A DNA stretch of 64,000 bases from Acholeplasmataceae bacterium (GTDB lineage: Bacteria > Bacillota_I > Bacilli_A > Acholeplasmatales > Acholeplasmataceae), in assembly GCA_963667565.1 (NCBI GenBank), contig OY763415.1, forward strand, positions 32,001-96,000, given 5' to 3'. A program made the translations under genes and the position numbers. The notes under the pieces are model-generated. The model was not told the DNA's origin. It worked only from the letters and a program-made list of their open reading frames with translations, and did not search any database. Positions 31,634-42,051 of this stretch are shown here, piece after piece. Numbering within the stretch: position 1 is the first letter of the stretch; the number at the start of each line of letters is the position of its first letter.

Positions 31634-31634
31634 G

Positions 31635-34241
31635 ATGGAAAAAGCAAAAGAAATCCAGAGAAATAAAGATCTAGATCAACTTTTAAAAAAAGATGAAAAA
31701 GGTCCAAAAACAATCGTTAAAGATAATATGGTAAAAATGAAGGGTGATCCTTTAGGACTTAGAGTGCCTTTGGATGATGAACCTTCTTTAAATACGCGAA
31801 AAAGCAAAATTAAGAAAATGGATGATATCGTTGTAGAAAGATACAATCCAGATGCTAAAGTCGGTTTAACAACCGAAGATGTTGAAGCACGTCAAATGGC
31901 GGGTTTAGTCAATGTTGCGGAAACAGGATCAACAAAAAGCATTTCCTCAATTATTTCTAGCAATATTTTTACACTTTTTAACTTCTTAATGTTCTTAATC
32001 ACCATTTGGATGTTATCAGTGGGTGCATCAGTAGCCAATTTCTTCTTTGTAGTCATTGTTTCTCTCAATATCACTATTGGGATTATACAAGAAATTAGAG
32101 CGAAGAAAACGATTGATAAACTATCTTTATTATCTGCTCCGACAGCCATTGTTATTCGTGATAAAGATGAAATTGAAATTAGTGTCACAGATGTTGTGAT
32201 TGATGATATTTTAAGACTTACTTCAGGTAAACAAATTACAGCTGATGCTGTTATTCGTGAAGGTTCCATTGAAGTCAACGAGTCATTGTTAACAGGCGAG
32301 TCTGACCCAATTGTTAAAAAAGAAGGCGACACGCTTTATTCAGGTAGTTACGTCATTTCTGGTAATTGCTATGCACAAGTTACAGCGATTGGTAAAGATA
32401 TCTATATTCAAAAATTAACAAATCAAGCTAAAAAATATCGTAAACCAGAATCAGAATTATTAAGTTCACTTAAAACCATTATTAGAATCATTGGTGTCTT
32501 AATTGTTCCTATTGCAGGTGGACTATTTTGGTTGATGACACAAAATGGAAGTCTACTTTATGAAGAAATCGTTTTGAAAACATCAACAGCGATGATTGGT
32601 ATGATTCCTTCAGGGTTATTCTTATTAACGTCTATGGCGCTCGCAGTTGGTGTTATTAGACTTGCACAAAATAATACATTAGTTCAAGAATTATATTGTA
32701 TAGAAACGCTCGCACGCGTAGACACACTATGTTTAGATAAAACAGGTACCATTACTGATGGCACCATGACAGTTAAAAGTATCATTGAATATAAAACAGA
32801 TAGCAAAATGACATTGAAGAATATTGTATCTGCAATGCTTAATGCACAAAACGATGATAACTTAACCTCACAAGCATTAAAAGAACGTTTTGGTACGGCT
32901 AAACTCATTAGACATAAAGCGCTAATTCCATTTTCTAGTAGTAGAAAATTTAGTGCTGTACAGTTTGATCGTTACGGGACTTATGCGCTAGGTGCACCAG
33001 AATTTGTCTTAAAAGGTAATTTCGATAAAATCGCTGATGAAGTGACAAAACAATCAAAAGAAGGCTATCGAGTTTTAGTTGTTGGCTATAGTGAAGGTCA
33101 TATTGACAATAGAGAAATTCAAGGTCAAGTTGAACCTATGGCTTTAATTATGATTGAAGATACCATTAGACCCGATGCGATTGAAACAATTAATTACTTT
33201 AAGGAACATAACGTAGAAGTTAAAGTCATTTCAGGCGATAACCCAATTACGGTATCTAGAATCGCAGAACGTGCGATGGTTCCTAATGCAAATCAATATA
33301 TATCACTTGAAGGTATGAATGATAAAGAAGTGGTTAGAGTAGGCAGTCGTTATACAGTCTTTGGACGTGTTTCACCTCATCAAAAGAAACTCTTGATTGA
33401 ATCACTTAAAAACAATGGTAGAACGGTTGCAATGACAGGTGATGGTGTCAATGACATCTTAGCACTTAAAGAAGCAGATACATCGATTGCGATGGCATCT
33501 GGTAGTGAAGCAGCTAGAAACGTGTCTCACTTAGTTTTACTAGATTCCAATTTCTCATCTATGCCAAAAGTTGTTTCTGAAGGTAGAAGAGTCATTAATA
33601 ATGTTGAAAAAGTATCAACACTTTATTTAACAAAGACGATATTTACATTTTTATTAGCCATTATTGGTTTATTTAGAAATGGTGATTATCCAATCAGTAG
33701 TCCTAGTCAAATGGTTTTAATTGAAATGTTTGCGATTGGTATTCCATCATTCTTTATGGCCTTAGAACAAAATAATAAACAGGTTAAAGGTCGTTTCTTA
33801 TTTAATATCTTAAAAGCAGCTATTCCTGGAGCGTTGGTTGTTGTGATCAACTCACTCATTATATTTGCTTTAAGTGGACCAGATTCTCTTAACATGAATA
33901 ATGAAGTGATTTCAACACTCATTGTTTCATCTGCAACAGTAACAGCTCTTGCTGTTTTATATCGCGTTTCATTACCATTGAATGGATTAAGAACACTTTT
34001 ATTTGTAAGTATGGTGACACTTGCACTGGTATCATATTTCTTAATTCCAGTCTTTGACTTTATTCCATTTTTCTATTTAGATAATAGTACAGCAACACAG
34101 TTAATTACACTTCCACAAGGTTTATTGTTACTTGTTTTAGCACAAGCTACACTCCCCATGATGTATGTTGTTTCACACATTTATGGTTGGATTAAATCTG
34201 GTATTGGATTTATCATTAATAAAATTGCAGAAATAGAATAA
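31635..34241 (+). CDS. P-type ATPase (CtpE-like)
   Basis: TGES, DKTGT, GAPE, SGDN, MTGDGVND. Confidence 0.93.
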   Translation: MEKAKEIQRNKDLDQLLKKDEKGPKTIVKDNMVKMKGDPLGLRVPLDDEPSLNTRKSKIKKMDDIVVERYNPDAKVGLTTEDVEARQMAGLVNVAETGSTKSISSIISSNIFTLFNFLMFLITIWMLSVGASVANFFFVVIVSLNITIGIIQEIRAKKTIDKLSLLSAPTAIVIRDKDEIEISVTDVVIDDILRLTSGKQITADAVIREGSIEVNESLLTGESDPIVKKEGDTLYSGSYVISGNCYAQVTAIGKDIYIQKLTNQAKKYRKPESELLSSLKTIIRIIGVLIVPIAGGLFWLMTQNGSLLYEEIVLKTSTAMIGMIPSGLFLLTSMALAVGVIRLAQNNTLVQELYCIETLARVDTLCLDKTGTITDGTMTVKSIIEYKTDSKMTLKNIVSAMLNAQNDDNLTSQALKERFGTAKLIRHKALIPFSSSRKFSAVQFDRYGTYALGAPEFVLKGNFDKIADEVTKQSKEGYRVLVVGYSEGHIDNREIQGQVEPMALIMIEDTIRPDAIETINYFKEHNVEVKVISGDNPITVSRIAERAMVPNANQYISLEGMNDKEVVRVGSRYTVFGRVSPHQKKLLIESLKNNGRTVAMTGDGVNDILALKEADTSIAMASGSEAARNVSHLVLLDSNFSSMPKVVSEGRRVINNVEKVSTLYLTKTIFTFLLAIIGLFRNGDYPISSPSQMVLIEMFAIGIPSFFMALEQNNKQVKGRFLFNILKAAIPGALVVVINSLIIFALSGPDSLNMNNEVISTLIVSSATVTALAVLYRVSLPLNGLRTLLFVSMVTLALVSYFLIPVFDFIPFFYLDNSTATQLITLPQGLLLLVLAQATLPMMYVVSHIYGWIKSGIGFIINKIAEIE

Positions 34242-34335
34242 AAAAGAGCGCTTGTCGCTCTTTTCATCGTTTTTATCAAATAATTTTACGGATTATTTTT
34301 ATAAGGTTTTATATGTTTGAGTTGGAGGATTTACT

Positions 34336-35034
34336 ATGATCGTTTATGGAAAAAATGTCATTAGAGAAGCTGTCTTTGCAAAAAGAGCAATGTATAGTTT
34401 ATATATTGACCAAAAATTTAATGATGAAAATTTCATCAGTTTTTTAAAAAAGCATCAGGTTAAGTTTGAATTCAAATCTAAAGATGAATTGTTTCAACTC
34501 AGTCAAACTAAAAATCATCAAGGGATTGTTGCTGATGTTAAAGCATACAGTTACCAGCCACTTGAGATTTTAAATGACAAAGAAACTTTGAAACAGGTCA
34601 TTATTTTAGATAGTATTGAAGATCCACACAATTTAGGTGCCATTTTAAGATCTGCAGAAGCAACACAAATGGATGCTATTATTATTCCTAAAAAACAGCA
34701 AGTACCACTAAATGCGACAGTTGCAAAAGTTTCATCTGGCGCGATTGAACATGTACCCGTGATTGAAGTATCTAACATCAATCAAGCTATGGATTATCTA
34801 AAAAGTATTGGCTTTTGGATTGTAGGCACAGATGGACAAACCAATCACACGTATGATGATATGCCAAAAGATGTGAGTGTTGCAGTTGTTTTAGGTAATG
34901 AAGGCAGTGGTATGAGACCGCTCGTTAAAAAGAATTGTGATATGCTTGTTAAAATCCCAATGCATGGAAAAATCAATTCACTTAACGTCAGTGTTGCTGC
35001 AGCACTTATGATGTATAAAATGATTAATCGATGA
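34336..35034 (+). CDS. rlmB: 23S rRNA Gm2251 methyltransferase (TrmH/SPOUT)
   Basis: NHQGIVA, DPHNLGAILRSA, GNEG, NSLNVSVAA. Confidence 0.93.
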   Translation: MIVYGKNVIREAVFAKRAMYSLYIDQKFNDENFISFLKKHQVKFEFKSKDELFQLSQTKNHQGIVADVKAYSYQPLEILNDKETLKQVIILDSIEDPHNLGAILRSAEATQMDAIIIPKKQQVPLNATVAKVSSGAIEHVPVIEVSNINQAMDYLKSIGFWIVGTDGQTNHTYDDMPKDVSVAVVLGNEGSGMRPLVKKNCDMLVKIPMHGKINSLNVSVAAALMMYKMINR

Positions 35035-35537
35035 AAAATGATTACGAACTTCTCTATTTAATTCGTGGCGAAAACGATCACATAGCACTTGAATATTTAT
35101 ATCATAAATATGAAAGGCTTATTTACAAAAATATTCATCTCCTCCACATTGATCACATTGAGCATGATGATTTTGTTCAAGAAGGTTTCCTCATGTTTTA
35201 TAAAGCTGTTCAAACGTTTGATGAAAGCAAAAATAAAACATTTACAAGATACTTTGAACTTATTTTAAAAAGACATTTTTATCAGTTGGTACATAAGATT
35301 CCACCTTTTGTTTATGATGAATATATCATGCATCAACAACAAAGTTATTATATTGAAGAAGACTATACACCCTTTTTAGAAGATTGTTCTTTATTTGAAC
35401 AAGAAGTATTTCAACTTTATTTTATTGAAAATAAAAGTGTTCAATATATTCAAAGTCTTAAAAATTGTTCAATCAAGCAAGTATATAATGCAATTTATCG
35501 TCTCAAAGAAAAATACAAAAAGTATGTTATAATGTAA
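35031..35537 (+). CDS. SigH/ComX-like alternative sigma-70 factor
   Basis: 'DYELL', 'DDFVQEG..FYKAVQTFD..FTRY', 'KQVYNAIYRLKEK'; occupies the rlmB-sigH-rpmG position. Confidence 0.8.
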   Translation: MKNDYELLYLIRGENDHIALEYLYHKYERLIYKNIHLLHIDHIEHDDFVQEGFLMFYKAVQTFDESKNKTFTRYFELILKRHFYQLVHKIPPFVYDEYIMHQQQSYYIEEDYTPFLEDCSLFEQEVFQLYFIENKSVQYIQSLKNCSIKQVYNAIYRLKEKYKKYVIM

Positions 35538-35608
35538 TAGATAGTTGACTATGCCTTTTTTAAGTGTTAAAATAACACTTGCAAAAGGCCACAAAGGTGG
35601 TTTTTTAT

Positions 35609-35758
35609 ATGCGAGAAAAAGTAACTTTAGTATGTACGAAATGTTTAAGCAGAAATTATACAACAACAAAGAATAAACAGACACAGACACAACGTTTGGA
35701 AATTAAAAAGTTTTGTCCTAAATGTAACGAACATACCATACATAAAGAAAGTAAGTAG
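35609..35758 (+). CDS. rpmG: 50S ribosomal protein L33 (Zn-binding form), absent from the ORF track
   Basis: Hand translation [49 protein letters not shown]. Confidence 0.95.
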   Translation: MREKVTLVCTKCLSRNYTTTKNKQTQTQRLEIKKFCPKCNEHTIHKESK

Positions 35759-35769
35759 GAGGCCAGACT

Positions 35770-36201
35770 ATGGCAATTAAACAAAAACAAGAAGAACAAC
35801 AAAGTAAATTATTAGAAGTTCTTACAACTGAATATCGTTGGGAAAATCTTTTATTAGGAGTTTTAGCAACGATTGCGATTTCAATTTCGTTAATGATTAT
35901 TTCAGGTAATACACTTTTACAAATCAACCCTGATTTCCCTATTTTAGGTGAAGGTAATAATGGATTGATTTTTGCTTGGGTCTTATTTGCAATTTCTGCA
36001 TTTGGTCTCATTCTCGTTTTATATCCTTTCTTTTTACCAGCAATTCCTGAAATTAAAAAGATTTCATGGGCTAAATGGCATAAATTCTTAGATAACTCAG
36101 TGAGAGTATTAGTGTTTTTAACAATCATTACTGGTTTCTTATTACTTTATAATTTCTTAATTGCTAAGTTAATCAGTGGATTACTTGGTGGTACTCTATG
36201 A
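35770..36201 (+). CDS. secE: Preprotein translocase SecE (long form)
   Basis: 'EIKKISWAK' motif before the last TM; lies between rpmG and nusG. Confidence 0.88.
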   Translation: MAIKQKQEEQQSKLLEVLTTEYRWENLLLGVLATIAISISLMIISGNTLLQINPDFPILGEGNNGLIFAWVLFAISAFGLILVLYPFFLPAIPEIKKISWAKWHKFLDNSVRVLVFLTIITGFLLLYNFLIAKLISGLLGGTL

Positions 36202-36737
36202 GTCAAGGCGTAAGATGGTATATCATTCAAACATATTCAGGATACGAAAATGCTGTTAAGAAAGACTTAGAGCGTCGTGTTGAATCTATGGGAATGATGG
36301 ATTTCATCTTTAGAATTATTGTTCCTGAAGAAAAAGTCATCGAAAAAAACGCTAAAGGTGAAGAAAAAGAAAAAGTAAAACAATTATTTCCAGGATATGT
36401 ATTTGTAGAAATGCTTGTTACTGACGAATCATGGTTCGTTGTTAGAAATACACCACAAGTTACAGGGTTCTTAGGTTCATCAGGTGGTGGTGCAAAACCA
36501 GTTCCACTTGCACCAGATGAAATCAATGCAATTCTTCTTAAGATTGGTGTCATGAGTAAACCAACATTTGATCATTTGATTGGTAAGTTGGTTGAAGTGA
36601 CAAGCGGATCATGGGAAGGCTTAAGAGGTGTGGTTGCAGCTGTTGATAATGATCAAGAAAAAGTTATTATTGACTTAGATTTATTTGGTCGTTCAACACC
36701 AACAGAAATTGATGCAACTGAAATTAAAGAAGTATAA
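36198..36737 (+). CDS. nusG: Transcription factor NusG
   Basis: WYIIQTYSGYE, FPGYVFVEM, VRNTPQVTGF, LFGRSTP. Confidence 0.96.
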   Translation: MSQGVRWYIIQTYSGYENAVKKDLERRVESMGMMDFIFRIIVPEEKVIEKNAKGEEKEKVKQLFPGYVFVEMLVTDESWFVVRNTPQVTGFLGSSGGGAKPVPLAPDEINAILLKIGVMSKPTFDHLIGKLVEVTSGSWEGLRGVVAAVDNDQEKVIIDLDLFGRSTPTEIDATEIKEV

Positions 36738-36738
36738 A

Positions 36739-36765
36739 CAAAAAGTCTCGCAAGAGACTTTTTTT
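36739..36765. terminator. Bidirectional terminator
   Basis: aaaaagtctc-gcaa-gagacttttt. Confidence 0.88.
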
Positions 36766-37615
36766 ATGCTTTTATGTCAAAATATATGGTTTGACCCAAT
36801 ATGTCTATAATAAAGGGGAACTTACTAGTTTCATCTAGTGTCATATGATTGTCTATTAAATGTGTTTTTAGTGCTTCAAATGCATCCTGAAGGATAGATA
36901 TCTGATAACTTTGTAATCCTGCCTGAGAAACGTTTTTTAGATCTGCTTTTTGATTCCAAATATTTAATCCTAAATGATGATGATATCCTTTTGAAGATAC
37001 AAAAAGCGCTTGGTTATAATAATTTTGGATGATATCAAAACCTAGTATGTCATCATAGAAATGTTTGGCACTTTCTAAATCTTTAACATAAAAATGAAGA
37101 TGCCCGATGATGGTATTTGTATCAATCGGTTTAAGAATTTCATCAATCGTTAGGTGATAAAGATAATCAACATCAAGTGCTCGCGTATACATTTCAAGTT
37201 TTCCATGTGATCTTGGCCAATCTTTATCCTCAAGATCAAAATACAATTCAATACCATTGCCTTCTAAATCATTTAAATATAAAGCGTGACTCACACCGTG
37301 ATCTGATGCGCCACTAAGTCTATATTTAGCACCTACCAATCTCTTTAAAACGCGGGATAATGCAAGTTCATTAGGGAATAGAAAGGCAACATGATATAAC
37401 CCAAGCGTTTCTTCATGTTTGATCACATCTTTGTGAGTGATAAGTTCAATGAGTTCATCCTTTCCATTAGATGATAAACTTGCTTTTTGATCGGTTTTTG
37501 ATATTAAAGAAAAACCTAAAATGTTTTGATAAAAATCTGTTTGCAGATCTAAATTCTTAACGAGCAATGTAATTTTATTAAAATAAGTTGTGTTATGATT
37601 GTGATATTTATACAT
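36764..37615 (-). CDS. VOC-family catechol 2,3-dioxygenase-like protein (CatE-like)
   Basis: GLYHVAF, DHGVSHALYLND.EGNGIELY, IGHLH, GYHHHLGLNIW. Confidence 0.88.
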   Translation of the reverse strand: MYKYHNHNTTYFNKITLLVKNLDLQTDFYQNILGFSLISKTDQKASLSSNGKDELIELITHKDVIKHEETLGLYHVAFLFPNELALSRVLKRLVGAKYRLSGASDHGVSHALYLNDLEGNGIELYFDLEDKDWPRSHGKLEMYTRALDVDYLYHLTIDEILKPIDTNTIIGHLHFYVKDLESAKHFYDDILGFDIIQNYYNQALFVSSKGYHHHLGLNIWNQKADLKNVSQAGLQSYQISILQDAFEALKTHLIDNHMTLDETSKFPFIIDILGQTIYFDIKA

Positions 37616-37650
37616 ACAAATACCTCCTGAATAATTTCATCATATCACAC

Positions 37651-37667
37651 ACTTACAAAAAGTAAGT
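37651..37667. promoter_or_regulatory. Palindromic operator, CatR/DUF24-type
   Basis: ACTTAC-aaaaa-GTAAGT between the divergent catE-like and frnE-like genes. Confidence 0.55.
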
Positions 37668-37769
37668 TTTAAATACATTTAAACTTAAAAAATTACAAAA
37701 ATTTAAGCATTACATATTGATTTTATATCTTTGAATGTTATAATAGATACGAAAATTGGAGGTAGTATT

Positions 37770-38468
37770 ATGAAAATAGAAATTTGGTCAGATTTTGGTT
37801 GTCCGTTTTGCTACATTGGTAAAGCAAGATTCGAACAAGCACTAAATCAATTCGAACACAAAGACAGTGTTGAAGTTATTTATAAGGCATATCAATTAAA
37901 TCCATACGCACCTAAAGAAATGAAAGGTAGTGCTGCTGAAGCATTTGCTCAAGGTCATGGTATGTCAGTGAGTCAAGCAAAAGATCGTTTTAAAATGTTT
38001 GTTGAAAATGCTAAAACAGTAGGATTAACATATAATTACGACATCATTCAAATGACAAACACATTTGATGCACACCGCTTAGCGAAGTGGGCAAATCAAT
38101 TTGGGTTAGAACCTAAATTAACATCTCTATTAATGAAAGCTTACTTTACAGATGGTAAAAATGTTGCTGATTTAAACACTTTAGTTGATATTGCTAAAGA
38201 AGCTGGATTAAATGCGGATGAAGCAAAGAAAGTCTTAGAAGAAGGACAATATAAAGATCAAGTCGATGCTGAAATTAATGAAGCTAGACAAGTGGGTGTT
38301 CAAGGTGTACCATTCTTTGTGATTAACAGAAAATATGGTGTATCTGGTGCACAAGCAACAGAATACTTCTTACAAGCATTAAGACAAATTTATCAAGAAG
38401 AACAACCATTACAAAAATTAGAAGCTGATGATTCAGCAACTTGTGATCATGATGAGTGTGGATTCTAA
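37770..38468 (+). CDS. DsbA-family (FrnE-like) thiol oxidoreductase
   Basis: WSDFGCPFCYIG, NTFDAHRL, GVQGVPFF, C-terminal C-x4-C. Confidence 0.9.
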   Translation: MKIEIWSDFGCPFCYIGKARFEQALNQFEHKDSVEVIYKAYQLNPYAPKEMKGSAAEAFAQGHGMSVSQAKDRFKMFVENAKTVGLTYNYDIIQMTNTFDAHRLAKWANQFGLEPKLTSLLMKAYFTDGKNVADLNTLVDIAKEAGLNADEAKKVLEEGQYKDQVDAEINEARQVGVQGVPFFVINRKYGVSGAQATEYFLQALRQIYQEEQPLQKLEADDSATCDHDECGF

Positions 38469-38534
38469 AAATACGAATAAATGCCTATTTTAGGCATTTT
38501 TTTGTTATAATGAATCTATATGGGAGGTATTGAA

Positions 38535-38891
38535 ATGAGACTTATTGCAAACGTTATATGGTTTATATTTGGTGGCTTTATTGCCGCATTATTGTGGTTT
38601 ATCGCAGGTGTCTTATTGTCACTTACTGTGATTGGTATTCCACTTGGAGCACAAGCATTTAAATTTGCAAAACTTGTACTATTCCCTTTTGGTCAAAATG
38701 TTGATATCAACATTGAAAAACACCCAATTGCAAACATCATTTGGGCCATCTTATTTGGATGGGAAATGGCACTTGGTTACATCACCGTTGGTGTCGGATA
38801 TTGTATAACAATCATAGGGATCCCCTTTGGTTTACAATGGTTTAAACTTGCATTATTAGCACTCTTACCATTTGGGGCAAAAATCAAATAA
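38535..38891 (+). CDS. YccF domain membrane protein
   Basis: Two repeats of 'NxIWxIxG ... TxIGIPxG ... PFG'. Confidence 0.88.
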   Translation: MRLIANVIWFIFGGFIAALLWFIAGVLLSLTVIGIPLGAQAFKFAKLVLFPFGQNVDINIEKHPIANIIWAILFGWEMALGYITVGVGYCITIIGIPFGLQWFKLALLALLPFGAKIK

Positions 38892-38944
38892 AAACTTCTT
38901 ACGTAGTAGATTTTAAATTAAAATTGAAAAGTTATCGTTTTTGG

Positions 38945-39025
38945 TTGACATTAACACCTCTAAATGATAGAATATATTCGCGTGTGAAAGCACACCATAG
39001 TGGAAGAATATTTTCGTACCACATA
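38945..39025 (+). promoter_or_regulatory. rplK promoter and L1-binding-like leader
   Basis: TTGACA-17-TAGAAT, then GTGGAAGAATATTTTCGTACCAC hairpin. Confidence 0.65.
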
Positions 39026-39051
39026 CTTATGTAAAGAAGGAGGTTGTGTTC

Positions 39052-39477
39052 ATGGCAAAAAAAGTTGTAAAAGTCGTTAAATTACAAATCGCTGCAGGGA
39101 AAGCTAATCCAGCTCCACCAGTCGGTCCAGCACTTGGTCAAGCTCAAGTTAACATTCCAGCATTCTGTTCACAATTTAATGAAGCAACTAAAGATCAAAT
39201 GGGTTTCATCGTACCAGTTATTATCTCAGTTTATGATGACCGTACATTTACATTTGTAACAAAAACCCCACCTGCAAGTGATCTTCTTAAGAAAGCAGCA
39301 AACATCAAGTCTGGCTCAAGCAATGCCAAAAAGACTAAGGTTGCTACAATTACTAAGGCTCAAGTTAAACAAATTGCAGAAACAAAGATGCCCGACTTAA
39401 ATGCGTTTACTGTAGAAGCAGCAATGAAAATTATTGAAGGTACAGCACGTAATATGGGAATCGTAGTAGAAGAATAA
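39052..39477 (+). CDS. rplK: 50S ribosomal protein L11
   Basis: [27 protein letters not shown]. Confidence 0.98.
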   Translation: MAKKVVKVVKLQIAAGKANPAPPVGPALGQAQVNIPAFCSQFNEATKDQMGFIVPVIISVYDDRTFTFVTKTPPASDLLKKAANIKSGSSNAKKTKVATITKAQVKQIAETKMPDLNAFTVEAAMKIIEGTARNMGIVVEE

Positions 39478-39500
39478 TTTAGATGATATCTATCTAAATT

Positions 39501-39525
39501 GTGGGAGGATATCCCGCTAGACCAC
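39501..39525 (+). promoter_or_regulatory. L1 autoregulatory site upstream of rplA
   Basis: GTGGGAGGATATCCCGCTAGACCAC, resembling Firmicutes L1-binding mRNA sites. Confidence 0.65.
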
Positions 39526-39543
39526 ATTTTAGGAGGAAGAAAT

Positions 39544-40239
39544 ATGAAAAGAGGAAAGAAATACCTTGAAGCAGCTAAATTAGTTGATAAACTTCATTTA
39601 TATCCAATCAATGAAGCAACTGATCTAGTGAAAAAAACCTCATTTGTGAAATTTGATGCGACTGTAGAAGCAGCGTTTAGATTAAATCTTGATCCAAGAA
39701 AAGCTGAACAAAACTTAAGAGGCGCAATCGTTTTACCTCATGGTACTGGTAAAGTTTCAAGAGTTGTTGTTATCGCACAAGGTGACAAAGCTAAAGAAGC
39801 AAAAGATGCTGGTGCTGATTATGTCGGTGATGCAGACTTAATCCAAAAGATTTCTGAAGGATGGTTTGATTTCGATGTGATGGTAGCAACACCAAACATG
39901 ATGGGTCAATTAGGTAAACTAGGACGTGTCTTAGGACCTAAAGGCTTAATGCCAAACCCAAAAACTGGTACAGTTACAATGGACGTTGAAAAAGCTGTTC
40001 ATGAAATCAAAAATGGTAAAATTGAGTATAGAGTTGATAAGGTTGGTAACATTCATGCACCAATCGGTAGAGTTTCATTTACTAAAGAACAATTAGCTGA
40101 AAACTTAGTAACACTTTATCACCAACTTGTACGTATCAAACCACAAACAGTTAAAGGTACTTACATCAAAAATATCACAATTACATCAAGTATGGCACCT
40201 GGTGTAAAAGTTGATGAAGACTCTTTAAGAAATCTATAA
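39544..40239 (+). CDS. rplA: 50S ribosomal protein L1
   Basis: [29 protein letters not shown]. Confidence 0.98.
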   Translation: MKRGKKYLEAAKLVDKLHLYPINEATDLVKKTSFVKFDATVEAAFRLNLDPRKAEQNLRGAIVLPHGTGKVSRVVVIAQGDKAKEAKDAGADYVGDADLIQKISEGWFDFDVMVATPNMMGQLGKLGRVLGPKGLMPNPKTGTVTMDVEKAVHEIKNGKIEYRVDKVGNIHAPIGRVSFTKEQLAENLVTLYHQLVRIKPQTVKGTYIKNITITSSMAPGVKVDEDSLRNL

Positions 40240-40271
40240 ACTTAAAGAATCTAAAACAAAATAAAAATAAA

Positions 40272-40372
40272 TCTATACCATAGACAGTAGGTGCAATTGC
40301 TTAATTTCCTACCGAGGTGAAACTAACAATAGTTCTCTCTTTTGTCTTGGTATAAAAGAGAGATTTTATTTT
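40272..40372 (+). ncRNA. L10 leader cis-regulatory RNA
   Basis: AGACAGTAGG...TTAA..CCTACCGAGG core followed by a ctctctttt/aaaagagag stem, upstream of rplJ. Confidence 0.8.
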
Positions 40373-40387
40373 ATAAGGAGGCACTTT

Positions 40388-40876
40388 ATGCAAAAAGCAA
40401 GTATTATCAAAAAAGCTGAGCAAGTTCAAGAATTACAAGATAAACTTGGACGCGCTGCCACAGTTGTTGCTTTTGATTATCCAGGTTTAACAGTGGAAGA
40501 ATTCACTAAATTACGTGGTCAATTAAGAGAAGCAGACTGTGAAGTTGCCGTTTACAAAAACAACATTTCAAGAAGAGCATCTATCGCTGCTGGATACGAA
40601 GATTTAGCTGACTCTTTAGTCGGACCTAAAGCTTTAGCGTTAAGCTTTACTGATGTTGTTGCTCCTGCAAAAGTAATCTACGAATTTGCTAAAGAAAACA
40701 AAAACGTAGTGATGCATGCAGGTATCGTTGAAGGTAAAATTGCAAGCTTAGAAGTATTAAATGAATTAGCGACATTGCCATCTAGAGAAACTCTATTAAC
40801 AATGTTAGCAGTAGGTATGTTAGCACCAGTTCGCGAATTAGCGGTTGGGCTTAATATGATTAGCGAAGAAGCGTAA
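40388..40876 (+). CDS. rplJ: 50S ribosomal protein L10
   Basis: GLTV..LR, VYKNN, LATLPSREtLL; between rplA and rplL. Confidence 0.96.
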   Translation: MQKASIIKKAEQVQELQDKLGRAATVVAFDYPGLTVEEFTKLRGQLREADCEVAVYKNNISRRASIAAGYEDLADSLVGPKALALSFTDVVAPAKVIYEFAKENKNVVMHAGIVEGKIASLEVLNELATLPSRETLLTMLAVGMLAPVRELAVGLNMISEEA

Positions 40877-40893
40877 TTTAGGAGGAAATAAAA

Positions 40894-41271
40894 ATGGCTA
40901 AAATAACAAAAGCAGATTTTATTGCAGCTTTAAAAGAAATGACTTTATTAGAAATCAAAGAATTAGTTGACGGATTAAAAGAAGAATTCGGTATTGACCC
41001 ATCTGCAGTAGCAGTAGCAGGTCCAGCAGCTGGCGCAGGTGCTGCAGCAGTTGAAGAACAAACAGAATTCAACGTAATTTTAAAGAACTTTGGTACAAAC
41101 AAAATTGCAGTTATCAAAGTTGTACGTGAAGTTACTGGTTTAGGTTTAGCAGATGCTAAAACATTAACTGAAACACCAGATGCAGTCGTAAAAGAAAAAG
41201 TATCTAAAGAAGATGCTGAAGCTCTTAAGACTCAATTACAAGATGCTGGTGCAACTGTTGAAGTTAAATAA
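40894..41271 (+). CDS. rplL: 50S ribosomal protein L7/L12
   Basis: [26 protein letters not shown]. Confidence 0.98.
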   Translation: MAKITKADFIAALKEMTLLEIKELVDGLKEEFGIDPSAVAVAGPAAGAGAAAVEEQTEFNVILKNFGTNKIAVIKVVREVTGLGLADAKTLTETPDAVVKEKVSKEDAEALKTQLQDAGATVEVK

Positions 41272-41339
41272 TTTCTAAAATTTAATGCGATAGACCTGAG
41301 AGATACTCTCGGGTTTTTTCGCTGTTATTCGGGGGATTC

Positions 41340-41933
41340 ATGAGTCACTATTATTTAAATGATGAACAACTTAATCATGAGATCCAAGAAATTAAATTCA
41401 GTGTAGGAAAACATGTGATTATTTTAGATACAGACAGAGGTGTTTTTAGTAGAAATCAATTAGATTTTGGCACTCAAGTCTTATTGGAAAATATCGATTT
41501 TTCTGATGATTTTAAAACCATTATTGATATGGGATGCGGTTATGGTCCTATCGGTATATTGGCTGCAAAAACATGTCCAGATGCGCATATAATCATGGCA
41601 GATGTGAATGAAAGAGCAGTGCTTTTAGCGACTCAAAACGCAGAGAAAAATCAGGTAAAAAACACTGAAATTATGATCAGTTTTTTGTTTGAAAATATCA
41701 AGAAAAAAGCTGATCTCATTATATCAAACCCACCGATTAGAGCTGGTAAACAAACAGTGTTTAAACTCTATGAAGAAGCCTATCTAAATTTAAATGCAGG
41801 CGGTGTTTTTTATGCTGTTATTCAGAAAAAACAAGGTGCGCCATCCTCAGTTAAGAAACTTGAGGAAACATTTGGAAATTGTCAAGTTGTGACAAAAGAA
41901 AAAGGTTATTGGGTACTTTTAGCAGAAAAATAA
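41340..41933 (+). CDS. RsmC/YbxB-like SAM methyltransferase
   Basis: GVFS, DMGCGYG, NPPIRAGK, KKQGAPS; sits between rplL and rpoB as in Firmicutes. Confidence 0.9.
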   Translation: MSHYYLNDEQLNHEIQEIKFSVGKHVIILDTDRGVFSRNQLDFGTQVLLENIDFSDDFKTIIDMGCGYGPIGILAAKTCPDAHIIMADVNERAVLLATQNAEKNQVKNTEIMISFLFENIKKKADLIISNPPIRAGKQTVFKLYEEAYLNLNAGGVFYAVIQKKQGAPSSVKKLEETFGNCQVVTKEKGYWVLLAEK

Positions 41934-42051
41934 AAAGATTTATTGACTATTTACAAAACATATGATAATATTATTAAATGCATAATAATGTGTTTATATA
42001 TAAATATATATATAAAACATTGTAATTCCAGACGCGATAGGAGAGTGGATT

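Noticed and set aside
41988..42020. AT palindrome upstream of rpoB
   Set aside because: Low-complexity TA run; may be a leader hairpin but cannot be told from chance.
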